DNA of 64,000 bases from Tubiluchus corallicola (taxonomy: Eukaryota; Animalia; Priapulida), in the NCBI GenBank assembly GCA_030141605.1, contig JAQGDQ010002366.1, positions 989,079 to 1,053,078 of the forward strand, in the 5' to 3' direction. Position 1 is the first letter of the stretch, and the number at the start of each line of letters is the position of its first letter. Made by a program: the position numbers and the translations under genes. The notes under the pieces are model-generated. The model worked only from the letters and a program-made list of their open reading frames with translations. It made no database searches and was not told the DNA's origin. This document shows, in pieces, positions 12,589-27,100 of this stretch.

Positions 12589-13750
12589 TAGGGATGTTAA
12601 AGATACAAATTTGGCAATACGAAACGATACTTTTTTCCAACGATACAATAAGGATAATCCACTTTTTAGGTGATACAATACGATACGATAAATTATTTCG
12701 AGCTATAAAAACAATACTGAAGTTAGAAAATTTATGCAACAACAGAACAAGTATCTTTAATAATTAAAATTATTAAGTGCTATGTACTTAAATGGCTGCT
12801 AGTTATAAAACACAGGTTTTCTGTGTCTTTATGTCTAATAAAGAAGTGCAATACCTAACTATAATTATATTACATTTTAACACACTGTTCACATTCGACA
12901 CTTAAACTAAGTCAGATTAAGTTGGTAGTACTATACACATCACAAATGTAGGCAACTACTATATGGGCTTGCTTCACGATTCCACACCTGTAAATGTTAG
13001 TTAGTGGGCCTGTGATCTATAAAACGTAATTATATTTTTATGTGCTCTCAGTATCACTTATATCTGCTTGGTTTAATTTCTAGAACTCAAGAAGGAACTT
13101 CATATAAATACAAAGTGCTTATGTAAATGAAATTTACACAAATTTACATGGTAGTTTCTCAAAAGCAGCCCATAGTTGCTTGTGGAGCAGAAACTAAGAA
13201 GCTAGGCAGATGGAATGAATCATTTGGCAACTACATCTATATTATAGTTATCACTGACGTCTCTTTCAAGTGTTTAGCCAGATTTGTGGTTGAGCTGTAA
13301 TACAGGTAATTTTGTTTGCAGTACTTGCAGATGGTGAACGTTTATGAACCGTCACTAAAAAAAGTAAAATGGTTCTGATAAATTTCTAGGTACTGTTTTC
13401 AGTCATGATTTCTGCTAAACAGTCAGGCTGCTGATGAAGAGTTAGTTGCGCGTATAGGGTATACGTTATAGTCAAAGTACAGCGTATTTAGCAACTGTGC
13501 ATCAGTATGATTCAAAAATCAAAATGAAGGTATCCATTATTGCCAGGCAAAAGTAATTTTGGGTAATTAATCTAAATATAATGGAAAAACAAAGTGAAGC
13601 GATTTTATAAAGGTGATCAATAAGCAACGATACACGCGATATGATAATGACATTCCTATAATATTATTGATACGATAACGATAAAAGTGAATTTTTCGTA
13701 TTGATATGGATAATTTTGATACGTGATATAGTATCAATATGATAATTCAT
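12589..13750. mobile_element. MITE-like element with TAGGGATGT end and ACGATA subterminal repeats (copy 1)
   Basis: Begins TAGGGATGTTAAAGATACAAATTT; ACGATA motifs cluster at both ends; homologous to 34325-34640, including CCATTATTG(C/A)CAGGCAAAA. Right boundary approximate. Confidence 0.55.
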
Positions 13751-13982
13751 AACTTATGATAACTTTGTTGTTTTTAAGGTATCTAACCTGTGGGAAAAGG
13801 ACATACCAGTGGTGAGATAGCCAAGATACTGTTACGTGTGTAACCTCACTATTCCAAGACTGCTTTGTGCTGTCATACATAAAGATTGAATCTTTTGAAC
13901 AACCGTGCCACAGCAATCATAAATAACTCTATTGAGGAGGATTTGTATTAAGTCTGCCGAGCAATTCTGTTAAGCACGAAAA

Positions 13983-14594
13983 ATGAATGTATGTCGCAAT
14001 TGCGTGTTAGCAACTTTAAGAATTCATTTCTCGGTGTCCCAGCTGCACTTTGATAGAACTGATATTGGTCGTTATGGCATTGTTAATAAATTTCAAGCTT
14101 TGCTGTTCTTGATACGTTCTTGCAGAAAAGTGACAAGTGCCTTCTCGGGAAAAACATGTTTTTCTCAATACACAGGCGGTTTCCTTGGTCAAAATTTTGG
14201 CTGTGGCTTTCAAGCAAAGCAACCCCAAAGACACAAACATACTTCATATATGGAATACATTTCTCCAATAGTGAAGGAAGACGATCTCGAAGAAAAATTT
14301 GTGAAAGGATTTGGTCCTGGTGGTCAGGCGACTAACAAAACATCAAATTGTGTCGTTCTGAAACACCAGCCCAGTGGAATTGTTGTGAAATGTCACATGA
14401 CACGTTCTCTCGATCAAAACAGAAAAATGGCGCGCAAGCTGCTGTTGGAAAAACTCGATGTTTTTTATAATGGAGAGCAAAGTGAAACTGCAAGGAAAAA
14501 GCAGCTTTATGTTAAGAAACGTCTAGAAAAAAAGAGGAAGTCAAAATTATTGTTGAAAAGAAAACTGGCTTTCAAAGAGAGTAACGAACAATGA
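13983..14594 (+). CDS. MTRFR: Mitochondrial translation release factor in rescue (C12orf65/mtRF-R), single coding exon, 203 aa
   Basis: [56 protein letters not shown] domain, Lys/Arg-rich C-terminal helix and a nearly acid-free, presequence-like N-terminus. Confidence 0.93.
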   Translation: MNVCRNCVLATLRIHFSVSQLHFDRTDIGRYGIVNKFQALLFLIRSCRKVTSAFSGKTCFSQYTGGFLGQNFGCGFQAKQPQRHKHTSYMEYISPIVKEDDLEEKFVKGFGPGGQATNKTSNCVVLKHQPSGIVVKCHMTRSLDQNRKMARKLLLEKLDVFYNGEQSETARKKQLYVKKRLEKKRKSKLLLKRKLAFKESNEQ

Positions 14595-17500
14595 ATGTCC
14601 ATAAATGTTACTCAAATCAATAAGCGGTGTACATAAGAACACCACTGTTGCAGTAGAACATGGTTTGGTTCTGTAAGATAGCACTTGAATAGCAACTTGT
14701 CAACTTTTTTATCGTTTTATCTGGCTGATAAACAGTAATACATTTTTAGTGGTAATGACTAACTCTAAAATTTTTCTGAGTTAGAATTGGTTAAATTTAG
14801 TGAAAAGGTTTTCTATGAAAATGTGTTATTTATTATAAATCTAATTTATTTTATTTGGTATCAAATGTTTAACAAGCAAAATAATTGACACCTTTAGACC
14901 ATAATTAAAAATAATCTCTGGTCTCAAATACCTGGAAAATTGTTGCTTAACTAATTGATCAAGGTAATTTCACCTTAGAAGTTGAGTTCTCTTTATTTTT
15001 CAACTTTACATGCTCATAGCCGTATTAACTTGTGGATGGGTAACAATACTTACTTTTGCATATGTGTTGCACAGAAATGACACACAGTATCCAATTAGCA
15101 AAACTATAGAAAACTAGAGCAATGAATGTAAAATATGCTGAGTTTGCAGTTTATTGTCAATGTCCTGCATTTACGCTGTATAATATGTCAAATTTCAAAG
15201 TAGCAAAATATGAGTAGCACAAGACACATAATTCCCCATCATCATAATCACCCAAACGTTAGTGTAATATTATGAAGTGGGACAGGGGAAGACCAAAAAA
15301 AGGTCATCTAGTCACTGTTATAAATAAGCCTCTAAGTTAATATTTAAAAATAAGAAATACTGCAATTAGTATTAAATAATAAAATGTTTGAGTGTTGGTC
15401 AATTAGTGCCATGATTTTCTTCATTGAATTAATAATCTGTACTGTGCAAGTCACTAGTCATTTGTACTTCTCCCATTAGTAAAGATACAAGAGTAACTAG
15501 ACTGATTTCAGCATAATAAGATTTTGCTGAAGACCAGTGTTGTCCGTTAATAACTGTGTTAGATTAAAAAAGTGGTAGCACTGATTAACTCGTACAACAC
15601 ATTCTGTTTGGAAACGGGAAGTAACTCAAGGTTCTGTTCCTGCCACCACCATCAACATAGCATGCAGCCTGTGCTACTGAATGCTTGATACTGGCTGTCA
15701 GTGTGGCTAAGTATATAATTATAATGCAGTGACCTTATACATCATTAGTATTTCACATCGGGTCCTCATGGTCGTTGGGTGGAAATGTCAAACAACTGAT
15801 AATTTCCGCACTTACTAACTTCGTAATGTCTTTATGTAATGGCTCAGACTTGATCTAGTTGTCTGGAAAGTTCTTTGTCTTGATATAGTTGTTACAGCCT
15901 GAACTAGACAGAATCCGAGTTTCATGTGTCATGTTAATATAACAAGCTTTGATTTGTAATTTTGCAATAATGCAAAAACAGAGACAACTGAAGAAAAAAC
16001 ACTGTAAAAGATTAATCATATTATTTTTTATTGCATTTTTTCTCTACCTGATTCAAGTATTTGATCGGAATCAAATTTAATAATCTACCCACATTCTGTA
16101 TCCAGAGAGTGGTTTGAAAAATAGCAAATGATACCCTGTACTTGCTATATGCCAAAAAATGTGTATGCTTACATCATTTAGACATTACTCTGCATATTAT
16201 AGAAGTGAAGGCTAGTCACAACAAGAAAATGTTCACAGCAAAGGTGATATCCTGCAGTTATAAAAAATACTTAGTTTTCAAAATTTCTCAGCTCATTCAG
16301 TATTCAGTACACTTAATGTGAAACAATAATGGTTGCAGTAGCAGGTTCATCTCAATGGAATACTAGAAACAATCTCTTACACATATTGCAACGCTTGTAA
16401 CGATACTTTCAATTTGTACTTAATGTTTGTGTTACTATCAAAATTGTTAAATACAAAAAGCTATCTACAGAATTTTGACAAAAGCAGTAAAAATATCATA
16501 TCTCTAAAAAGTTATCAAAATAGCAATTAGGCCCATTATAAGCACGTTTGATATGCAGCATACAGTTAAACATTGTAAGGTTTAACAATATCTTTCTCTA
16601 TAAAATGTATAAAACAACAAACAGTTAAACTTGTAGCAAAATATACATATCATAAAAATTTTAACATCTAAACTGCTAGCATGTAAAGCGAAAGTAACTA
16701 ACACAAGATTCGCTATTTGATAAAAAGTGATTGACACACGAAATGGCTCAAAAACAAAATAAGCTAAAAACAGCTATTAGTATCAAGCCATGGCAATGAT
16801 TGTCATAATCATATTTTCAAACATACTCCAAATGTACTAGCACTCCCAAGTAAACAAAAGATTTGCATGAAAAAATGCAAAAACTGATGAAACTTGTCGA
16901 TATAGTATAGTACTGCCTTTTACATAACACAGATACGTAGAAAGTAAGTGCAAAAATAATATTCAGACACTATATTATAAACATCAGAAAATTAAAGCTA
17001 GAAACTACACGACATTTAATAGAATACATCTGTACATAATCTCATTTATTCTTTAATGCAGAAAACAACCCAATTTTCAATAGTCTCAAAACGCTGTGCA
17101 CGTTAAACTGTACAACTTCAAATTTAAAAATCCGTAATTTAAAATGCTGTGAAGTTTAGGGGAAAAGGTTATGAAATAACTTGAGACAGTTTCAAACCAT
17201 TGGCATAGTGAGCTGGGTAATTCATATGCATGTATATTGTTTTCATGTTAACATTTTTAACACTTTTTTAACAAATAATATTTGAGTATGCACAGTGGGT
17301 GTATAGAATATTGTGAAATGAGTCGATAACCTTTAAACAACTATTTAAACGTGTGACTGTGTAGCATATGTTTTAATCACAATCATTTCATCACAATTAA
17401 GAGACGAATATTTGAGTACACTACATATTACATATATGAGATGAATGAGATCAAATACTAAGTAAATGTTTCTGTTATATGTAAACTATTTTCATATGCT

Positions 17501-18176
17501 ACAGTCTGACATGATATCATAATTGATAAAATAGTTATTTTTGTGCTATTAAAAACAAAAACTGGATACAAAAATTGTAAGAGCACCACAGTTTGTTGGC
17601 AAAATACACATAATATCCAAACCGTATGAAAACATACTACTGTACTCGTTAAATCTTACTCAGTGCATGATTATAACATAAAATATGAAGTGCACTGTTA
17701 GTCATTAATAATTATCATTTTTCTACTAATCTGCTCTATTTTGCTTATTGGTAATTTCTATCTACTGACAAAAGTGCAACAATGTCCAACTGTTTTGTGT
17801 GCTTTGATAGACAAGATAAAATTAATGTTTACATGCGTGTAAAAATGCACACTCAACGAAATTAAAACAAGCTAGAAATGCTGATATTTAATCCAGTCAA
17901 CATTTACTCGTTGCCATGAAAGAATCTGTAAAATTTTCAAATGTGACGTGCTCACGTTGCAGTCATTATTGACAATTTACTACTAAGACCAGCAAACTAC
18001 TCTAAACAGTCTAAGAGAAGTAGGAATTGATATGAAAAGAGATTCATCCTGATCTTTGATCGGAGATTGCTGATAATCACGACTCATCAATAAAGAATTT
18101 ACTGTTTAGCAAACAGCAATGATGAGTACAGATAAATTTCAAATTCAAATAATGAGAAGCATCGTTTCAATGTCAG

Positions 18177-21100
18177 TTATAATCGACACTCCTCCATTTC
18201 TTGAGGCACTTGTACAAGATCGTCGCTCTCTACAGTACTTGTTGTCAAAGCTGCAAAGTCTGATTCCGTAAGTAAGTTAGCACTTTTGCCTTTTCCTTTT
18301 CCCCGTGATTTTGTTTTCCGTAAACGATGATGAGACGAAGCTCTCATTTCTTGCATCATCGCTTCAATATCAGAGCTCGAAGTGGAATCCACCTGGTCAA
18401 ATTTTGGGACAATTAACCGCGATGCCATTTTACACGGTTGATACAGTTCTTCAAAATTTTCCTGCGAACTCGACGACTTGGGACTGTGACTTGAACAAGA
18501 AGGTGATTTGAGCGAAATACTACTGTTCTGTCGCACACAAATGCGTGGATTCATTGATCTAAACAGATCATCCTCAAGGTCACTTGCACAAAAATCCAAA
18601 TTCATTTCTATTGGCAACTCAATGTCATCTTGAACAAATTCAAAGTGGTTATCAACACCGTAGCCCTCACTGTTGTTGCCACTGTAGCTGGTATCATAGT
18701 TATACAAGCAATCACTGTTAATGCTGTAACTGTCGAGCTGGGAAGCGCGTGCATGTCGTTCTCGAAGCAAATGCAGCATTTCAAATTCCAGCTGATTTCT
18801 CACAGTTACTTCTCTGTCTTTGTCCGGGTCGTTTTGCAACAAGTACTCGGCAATCTCACGATCGTGAGACAGTAAGCGTTGCCTTATCTTTGAAATTTTT
18901 TGTTCAACGGCAAAGTGGTTCAAATCAGGAAACAGGTTACATGGATCTTCAGTACTACATCTGTTCAGGTATGTCAGTGTATCTTGTTCATTCACCGACT
19001 GCTGAGAATCTCGATGAATCACTGACTGTTGGCCGTCTTGTTGAATCATTGGTTGAGAGTTTTGTTGAGTCACTGGCTGGTGACCAGTAATCGACGTCAT
19101 TCTGATCAAAAGCTCATCCACTTGGTACTGCACCTCAGCTAATGTCAGTTCAGCAGGAAGAGGAATATCCTCCTTACTTTTACCACTATGGTCGCCCTCA
19201 TCTTCATCTTCATCGTCCTCAACGTCAGCACCACAGAAAACAGCAAAAATCAGATCGATCATTCTATTCCACATGATAACACCCATTTCTTTATATGTGA
19301 GTGGTATTCTGCTAGGTGTTTGATAATTTTCATAGTTGAGATTTAATATGGCTTTCATAAAAGCATTTAAGAGCATAAAAACTAGAAAAAGAAAACTAAT
19401 TATGTAAAGTGATGTGAAAGTATGTTTCTGTTCTATGTTTTTTTTAATGTCATGATTTCTTGTTATTAGATCCATCAAGCTTCCCGTGCCAGACACAAAG
19501 TTGCGAAAACTTGTTGAGAAAGTACCAAAACAAAGTACACCCAGAACACTGTATGCTGATATCAGTACAGCAAACATAACTGCGAACATGGAAATTTCCT
19601 TTGCTCCAGCTTTATAGATGTGGCCAAACTTTGCGATTGTGTTGTTGTAGCGGTACAGGCGCAGTGCTTTTACTATCCAAAGAAAGATAATAGAGCCAAG
19701 TATAGTATTAATAATGCTTTCCCACATCATTGCAAAACCCAAATCAATGTAAACCTCACTGTATGTCACTCTCATTGCTTCTACAATGCCATAGACTATG
19801 AAAAACCTATAAACTGAACAAATCATCCACATTATTGACATAGCTAGGAACAACCCATGTATGTAGTTCCAAAAGCTTTCAAGGTAGCGTCGTCTATATT
19901 TCAGGCTTCTGTAAATTTCAGTCTTAATGCTGTACAGAACAACGAAAACAAATATCATCTCCCAGACCCATAATAAGGTATCAGTTGGAGACGTGTATTT
20001 GTGTAAATGCATGGAGTCTACAACAGGACGAGGAAATGCTGATCCAACAGAAGGAAACTCTACTGTAAGCAGAACACGACTGAAAAGATTTGTTGGTGCA
20101 TTGTATAAAGAAAATTCAACGATTACAGTTTGCGTTTGTGCATCCAACCACTTTTCCGCTTCTAATTTCAATAGTTTGTTTCGGCATTCTTGTTCGTGTC
20201 TGGGTAATTTTACAATATGTCCGCTGTTTTCACGTAGTAGCTTGATAGGCATAAATAGCCAAGAATTAGCAGTTTCTGATGTTGGTTGTTCATGGTAGTC
20301 ATGTCTACAGTATGAAGAAATGTTTGCATCGCAAGAACTCACAGAAACCTTTACCTGACGCAGAATAACTTGACCAATAAGGAAGCTGGTTCCACCCATT
20401 ATGGGTTGAAGGCCTTTGGAAGGTTTAGTATTTGCAAACAATGCAGAAGTCATGTCATTGTGGCACCACGTCCACCAGTCAGACTGTGATCGTATTTTTG
20501 TAAACGGCATAATTGGTGTGTTCACAAAAGCATTACTGATAGACATGTTCAGCAGAGATGAACTGCTCCTGTCTTTGCTAAATGCTAACAGTAAAAGCAG
20601 CAATAACAGCGCACAGTAACTGATGACATCAGAAATGATTCGAAAGGTCTGCTTTTCCTTCATTGTTTGTTCTCTGGCTTCCAAAAGTTGTTTTTCTGGA
20701 GGTGGACGTGCAAATCTTAAATACCTAGAGCGAGCTCTTGCTGCAATCCCGCGTGTTATGGCATCTACATCAGATAACACATTCGCTACACTTGCAGCCA
20801 AGTCAGCCAAGTGCAGTTTTCCATTATTTAGATTGCTTAAATATATGGAAATGGAATTACGGCACCTAGTAGCTATATAAATTGCAAATAGAGTGATTAG
20901 AAAAGGTTGCACAATAAAAATGCTAGACAAAAGTGCTACGTATGTACTCTGAAGCCAAAAGATAGTACATGTACGGCCAAAATGATAAGCATATATAATA
21001 GTGAAATATCCTGCCGCACACGCCAATGCAAAGCATAACACCCAAGGTATTATGATGCACCATGCTGGCAAAAGAATGCATTTTGAACATGGCTTCATCT

Positions 21101-24100
21101 TTAGTTGTTCACATCCAGGCACTGATGATGACAGAGCTTCCTTGTACTGATTATCTTCACTCTTAATATAAGATAGTTTTCTGAAAAATAACGTAAAACC
21201 GGACATGAGGAATGCAGTTTGCCAAATTTTATAGTGTCACTGCAATAGCTGTTACTGTAAGATCATTATAAATCATATCAGTTGGTGTTTAAAAGCCACA
21301 TTATTCAACCTAAGAGAACATATAAGTGAAAAAATAAGAAATGGCATTATTTTAACAAATTTTTGAGACCGTCACATTAAGAAGTGTTTCCTTAAACAAA
21401 TTCTAAAGATTGCTATACAATAATTCTCATTCAAAGTAAATAAACTGACTTGAAATACACTATAACTTCTGGGACGGCTTACCTTCTCTAGAGACCAAGT
21501 CTCTGTAAATTCAGGAAACTCAAAGGAGGCTATTAACAGGGGTTTCTTGATATTCAATGCTATTAGCTTTGTTCAAAAATGACAAGCATAATTTTGTCAT
21601 AGGAATCCAAAGCCCTTTTGGGTTTGGTTATCAAATGCAAATGCGTATTAATTTTACTTATAATTATCTTTATTATTGACAATTTATAATTGTAATTATA
21701 ATTATTTTTAATAAGTGAACATTTCATATAAAAGCCTACGTGTGCTTTGCTAGACCTTTGCTACCACCTTTCTAAAGTGCCATCCTAATAATTATGGTAA
21801 AAAATAAATTAGCAAAAAAGGAGTAACCAAAAAAAAACAAGTTAAAAAGGAAGCTAGACTATAAATATTTGAATTTGCACCTGAAAAAACAGGTCTAATA
21901 AAACAACCTGCTTTGTGAATTTTTGGTTGATCATAAAGGCATTGTTGACATAAACCTGCTTTTGCTACTTGTCTGAAAAATTTACATTTCCTTACGAAAG
22001 CATCTGTACTTTTTTAAATACATTAAGACAATCACATTTTTCTAGCTCAAAAAATTCAAATCGAGAATCCAATACAACATTCAGTTTACTGTAAATTCAT
22101 CATTTTCATTACCATTAAATAGTCTTCTTTGTCATTTTATAGTGACGTGATTAGCTTTCTGACAAGAACAGTCATATGTAAAAAATGGTATGTATTTTTG
22201 CCCCTATTGTATCACTACCTTCCCAAATTAGCTGGCAATTAGTAGTGAGTTGTACCCACAATGGGTAATAATTGGTAAAATAAACAGCATATAAAAACAT
22301 TCTAGCAATCACAGTCATAATTTATTAATGATATGCACCTTTGTTGATTAGATGCACTATCAGGTAAACTCGCACAATCTTCAAATCCTGATTCCTCTTC
22401 AGTCACTACAGCTGACTTGCGGACACTTGCTGGACTTCCTGGACTGCTACTATCAAAACAAGATTCTCCCTCCATTCTTTCAGTTTGCTGATGTGTAAGG
22501 TTAGGAGTGGGTGGGTTACTGGTTTGTTGGCCTGTTAGCTGTCTGTAATACAAAAACTGGCTGCTATAAATAAACGTATAAGAACTCAAAGTTCAGTAAG
22601 TCCTTGCTTAGCGAAAGCTAATACGTTTATGCGAAACGTGACATTAAACAAAACGTCATTAAACGAAACCAAGACTTCCAGCAAAGGTAATGTAAAAGAA
22701 TTGAGATATGTCCCAGAGACAAAAATCAATGCTGCTTAAACCATGTAAATTAAACGTATTATGAGTTTTATTCATATTTGTACTGATAAATTTCTTTCTG
22801 TTTGCTTGAAACCACCTATTTTTCTTATCTATATATAGTTAGACCTGCAAGCAGTTTCTCTTTACTTTACGATGAAACCTATATAAAGGCAGTTAGTGGT
22901 TAAATGCCATGGTTCACTATGAAGTTAAGCCCTGGAGCAACCTTGAAACAAGTTCATGTACTAATCTGGTTCCTATAGCAACAGGTTCAATGCAGATGAA
23001 ACTCCTTTGTACAAAATCTAAATTCGAGTGTAGTACAAACAGCCAGAATTTAGTACGTAGTCAGTTGGGAAGCAAAAACATAACAATTGCACTGTTTAGG
23101 TTACTTTGTTTTTTAGAACAGAAAAACGCAATATGTAACATTTTTATGCTTCAAATTAGGTTTAAAAAAAGTTGTTGATAAAATAAAAAATAGCTGTGAG
23201 CAAAGTAAAAAAATTGTCATTAAAATGAAACATGCCTCATTAAGTGAGATAAAGGTGACAAATTATCAGCATCGTTAAAACGAAATGTGGCTAAACAGGG
23301 AGTCGTTAAGCGAGGACTTACAATTCTATTACTCAAGTATTTCTGCGAAGTACAATCAGGCATTCACTCTTACTTACTTAGCATCACAAACAGCAACTTG
23401 TACCCTGCTTATTTCTTGTTGTTGAGTGGTCGGCATACCAAAATAACGCACAGCCATAAACAGGGCTCAGAATGCTTGCCAACAATAACATTAAATGTAT
23501 CCGAAAGAAATTTAAAAACCTGTGCTATGTTTAATAAGAAAAACGCCACTACATTTTGCTTTAGATGCAGATTCTGTTTATCATTATTTCTGTTCCTCTC
23601 AAAATGTCTTGATTTGCAGAAAAAACTCACCCATACAGCTGCCAGTCGGCACTGTTAGGGTTGACCGAAGAGTGGAGGAAAGGACTGGACTATGTTGGTG
23701 CCATTCTGATGGATCTTTCAAAGGCTTTTGACTGCCTTCTGCACAATTTATTGTTGGAAAAGTTAAGGTGCTATAATTTATCAGAAAATGCTGTAAATTT
23801 GATCAAGAGCTACCTTACTGACAAAAAACAACTAGTTCATATCGAGGACGTTCAGAGCTCACCCCTTCCTATGGATAAAGGCATTCCACAGGTATCTTTA
23901 ACTGGACCTGTACTTTTTAATTGTTTTATTAATGATATCTTGCATTTTATCAGTAAATCCACCTTGTACAACTATGCTGATGACAATGCTGTTTCTTACT
24001 CCAGTAAATCGTTTAACGATATGAAACAAACCTTGTTTGTTTGAAAGTAACGCACTGGTCGACTGGTTTGCTTCCAACCAGATGGAAGCAAATCCGGGGA

Positions 24101-27100
24101 AGTTTCAGGGGATTGCTGTGGGCAAAATTATATTATACGACCTGAAACCTACTTTCAACATCAAAGGAGTGGATATTGAATGTACGTATGAGGTGAAACT
24201 TCTTGGTGCAAATATAGACTATCGCCTGAACTTTGATTCGCACATTACAGCCCTGTGCAAAAAAGCAGCAAAACAGATTAATGTTCTACACCATATTGGT
24301 CGAAACTTGTCGGTAGAATGTCGAAAACTCATCTACTTTTCCTTTGACAAGTCGAATTTTAATTTCTGCCCTGTAATCTGTTACTTCTGTAGTAAATCAA
24401 ACAGCCAGAAGTTCGAGCGTTTGAATTTTAGAGCGCTCCGTCTAGTTTATAATGATTTCGAAAGTACCTACGAAAATCTATTGTTAAAGGACAATTCTGT
24501 GTCTCTTCAACTTCGGAGACAACGTCTCATTGCTATCAAAGTATTCAAGATTTTGTCCAAAAACTGCCCGCCCTATCTCTATGGACTGATAGAGGAACGA
24601 AAACAAAACCACTACTTCCTCAGAAAAATGAACACTGCAGGTCACCCTACATATGATGGTGTTACATATTGCAAGAAAAGTTTCTCCTATTATGGAGCCA
24701 CATTGTGGAATGAATTACCAAACTGTCTCCGAATGGCCGAAAATCTTGGGGAATTTAAACGTCTAATTAACTCATGGACTGTGTTGTGTGTGGCAGAAAC
24801 ATTTTTATGACCTAGATAGCTTTTTGTGTAAATTTTAGAAAATGTTATTGCATAAAGTTTTTACTGTCTCAATTCTTAACTGTCTCAAATTTTTACTGTC
24901 TTCATGTAGTTTTAATTTTTCTTGTCCCAATACCTCAGGTAGCATCCAAATGATTTAAGAAGTACATATTTTTACCATGTTATCGCTCATATACATTATG
25001 CTTGATATCGGTTTACGAGCTTTAAGCTCATGTTTCTACAAATATGTACTGTTTATATCATACGGATGAAAATAAATATTATCTCATCTCATCTCATCTC
25101 ATCTCATCTCATCTCACCTCACCTCACCTCATCTCACCTCACCTCACCTCACCTCACCTCACCTCATCTCATCTCATCTCATCTCATCTCATCTCATCTC
25201 ATGTCATCTTATTAAGAAATTCACCCATGCAAAAGTTCATCATGGTAGTGCTTAGCATAGAGTCTCTGTGCTAGCTCTTGTAAGGTGCTCCACGCCTGTA
25301 ATGATTCGTCTATCAAATCTGTGGCATTTTCCATTTCTTCCCTTGTACCTGCAGTACCCTCATCAGTACCTGCATCAGCTGGCACTTGTTTACGTCTTGG
25401 CATTTGAAGCGGCTGAAACAGAAAAAACTTTCATGGTTTTCCTATCTGGAAATGTTTTGTTACAATGTACAACAAGACAGCAAGCTCTTCATTTGAAAAG
25501 GTACAAAAAGTAAAAAGAGAAACGAAATCAAACAAGAACCAAACAAGAACAATGAGCGCTGGTCAGGAATTCTTAATACACTACTCGGTAAATATAATTT
25601 AGGGACAGGGTGTTCTAAAAACATGAATGCTTAAACAATTTTACTCAAATATTAAATTACAGAAATCATGCAATGCATAAAATTGAATATGCAGATTCAA
25701 GTGTCAACGTCAACAGAAACGTAAATTTCATTTCGTTTGATAATGTGGCATTTTATTCTTACTGCTATGAAATTAATAAAACTGTAATCAATATTTTCCT
25801 CATTAATTTGCACATGAAGTCACACTAAAAATTCATTGATCAACGTTGATAGAATAAAAAACAGTCTTGCATCCAACGATAAAAGCCTTTGTCCCTCAAC
25901 AGTATAAACTAGATAATACAGGGAATTAAAATTAAAAACGAAATGTTTGATGCTAGAATGCTTGGTATCATACTGGCAAGATGATTGTGACATCATACTG
26001 AAAAAATATAAGAAATAGGTATTACCTTTATTATTCTAAACAGAAATTGAAGTATCAGATTCACAGGAAGGCAGGTGACAGCAATGATAAGACCAACCAA
26101 CACAGCTTGCCATGATAAATCCATATAGGTGAATTCACCACGGTACTCAGTGTAGTGGTAGTTGTACCACACTGCAGTCAAACACATGTAGCTCAGGAAA
26201 AGCACAAGGCAACAACTGAGTCTAGATAAATAAGAATAAAAAAGACATGTTAAATTGCACTTGGGATAAGCCGTTAAGTCTTGTCTAACACTAACCGCAC
26301 ACGGCAAAAAAGATCTGTCTATTGTAAATTGTGTTATGCACACTGTTCCACAAAATTTGCAAGTACACAACAAAAACATAGCAAAAATTCTAAATTTTGC
26401 ACATTGTAAACCAACTTAGCTATACAAACTTATTATTATTATAATTCTTTATTTATTATATATATATATTATGTCTATTATTATGTCAAAATAATTATGA
26501 CTATTTTGATCGAGATTTGATATTTCTGAATTTTTAGTTTTGTATATGTTCAGTCACCTGTAAATTGACGCACAGGCTTTACTTTTCCTTTTTTCCTACT
26601 TTACCACACTTTATCTAAATTTTTATTTACAAATATATATATATATATACAAGTTCACTTGCCTTTGTATTCTTGTGAACACACTTAGTGGCGGCTTTTC
26701 GTGTACTGATATCCACAGATGAAAATCAGAAAAAAGTGCTAATGACTTATAGGAGAAAATCTTTTTGAAGCCGGGTTTGACGTCTGGCGGAATCACCATT
26801 ATTTCTCTCTCAACCTTGCCGTCATTTTCCTCGACGGCAAACCATTTTTCACCTTCGAAGAGATAATAATGTGCCGCGTTCAAGTCTTCCACAATGACAC
26901 GACTCAGATACCAGCTGGGTGATATACCTGAAACAGTGGTGTAGTTATTAATGTGTAGTCTGTCAACCAAACAGGTACAACAAAACCTAAAACTCCAAGG
27001 TGAGAGTCAAGCAGTCGAGTTTCAAATATTAAGTTACGCATCGCGCTTAACTTCTTCACGACCACATCATTCAAAATAGGTCTTATAAGACCTATGACTT

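Noticed and set aside
2889-14594. XBP1 (ribosome stalling) next to MTRFR (ribosome rescue) as a functional module
   Set aside because: Different compartments (cytosol/ER versus mitochondrion), separated by TE debris; no evidence beyond adjacency.
18305-20880. Several plus-strand ORFs opposite the last polycystin exon (and similar ones at 40.6-45.9 kb)
   Set aside because: Antisense shadows of long coding exons with no recognisable motifs.
25030-25274. ORFs with SSHLISSHL/SPHLT repeats
   Set aside because: Translation of the (ATCTC)/(ACCTC) microsatellite.
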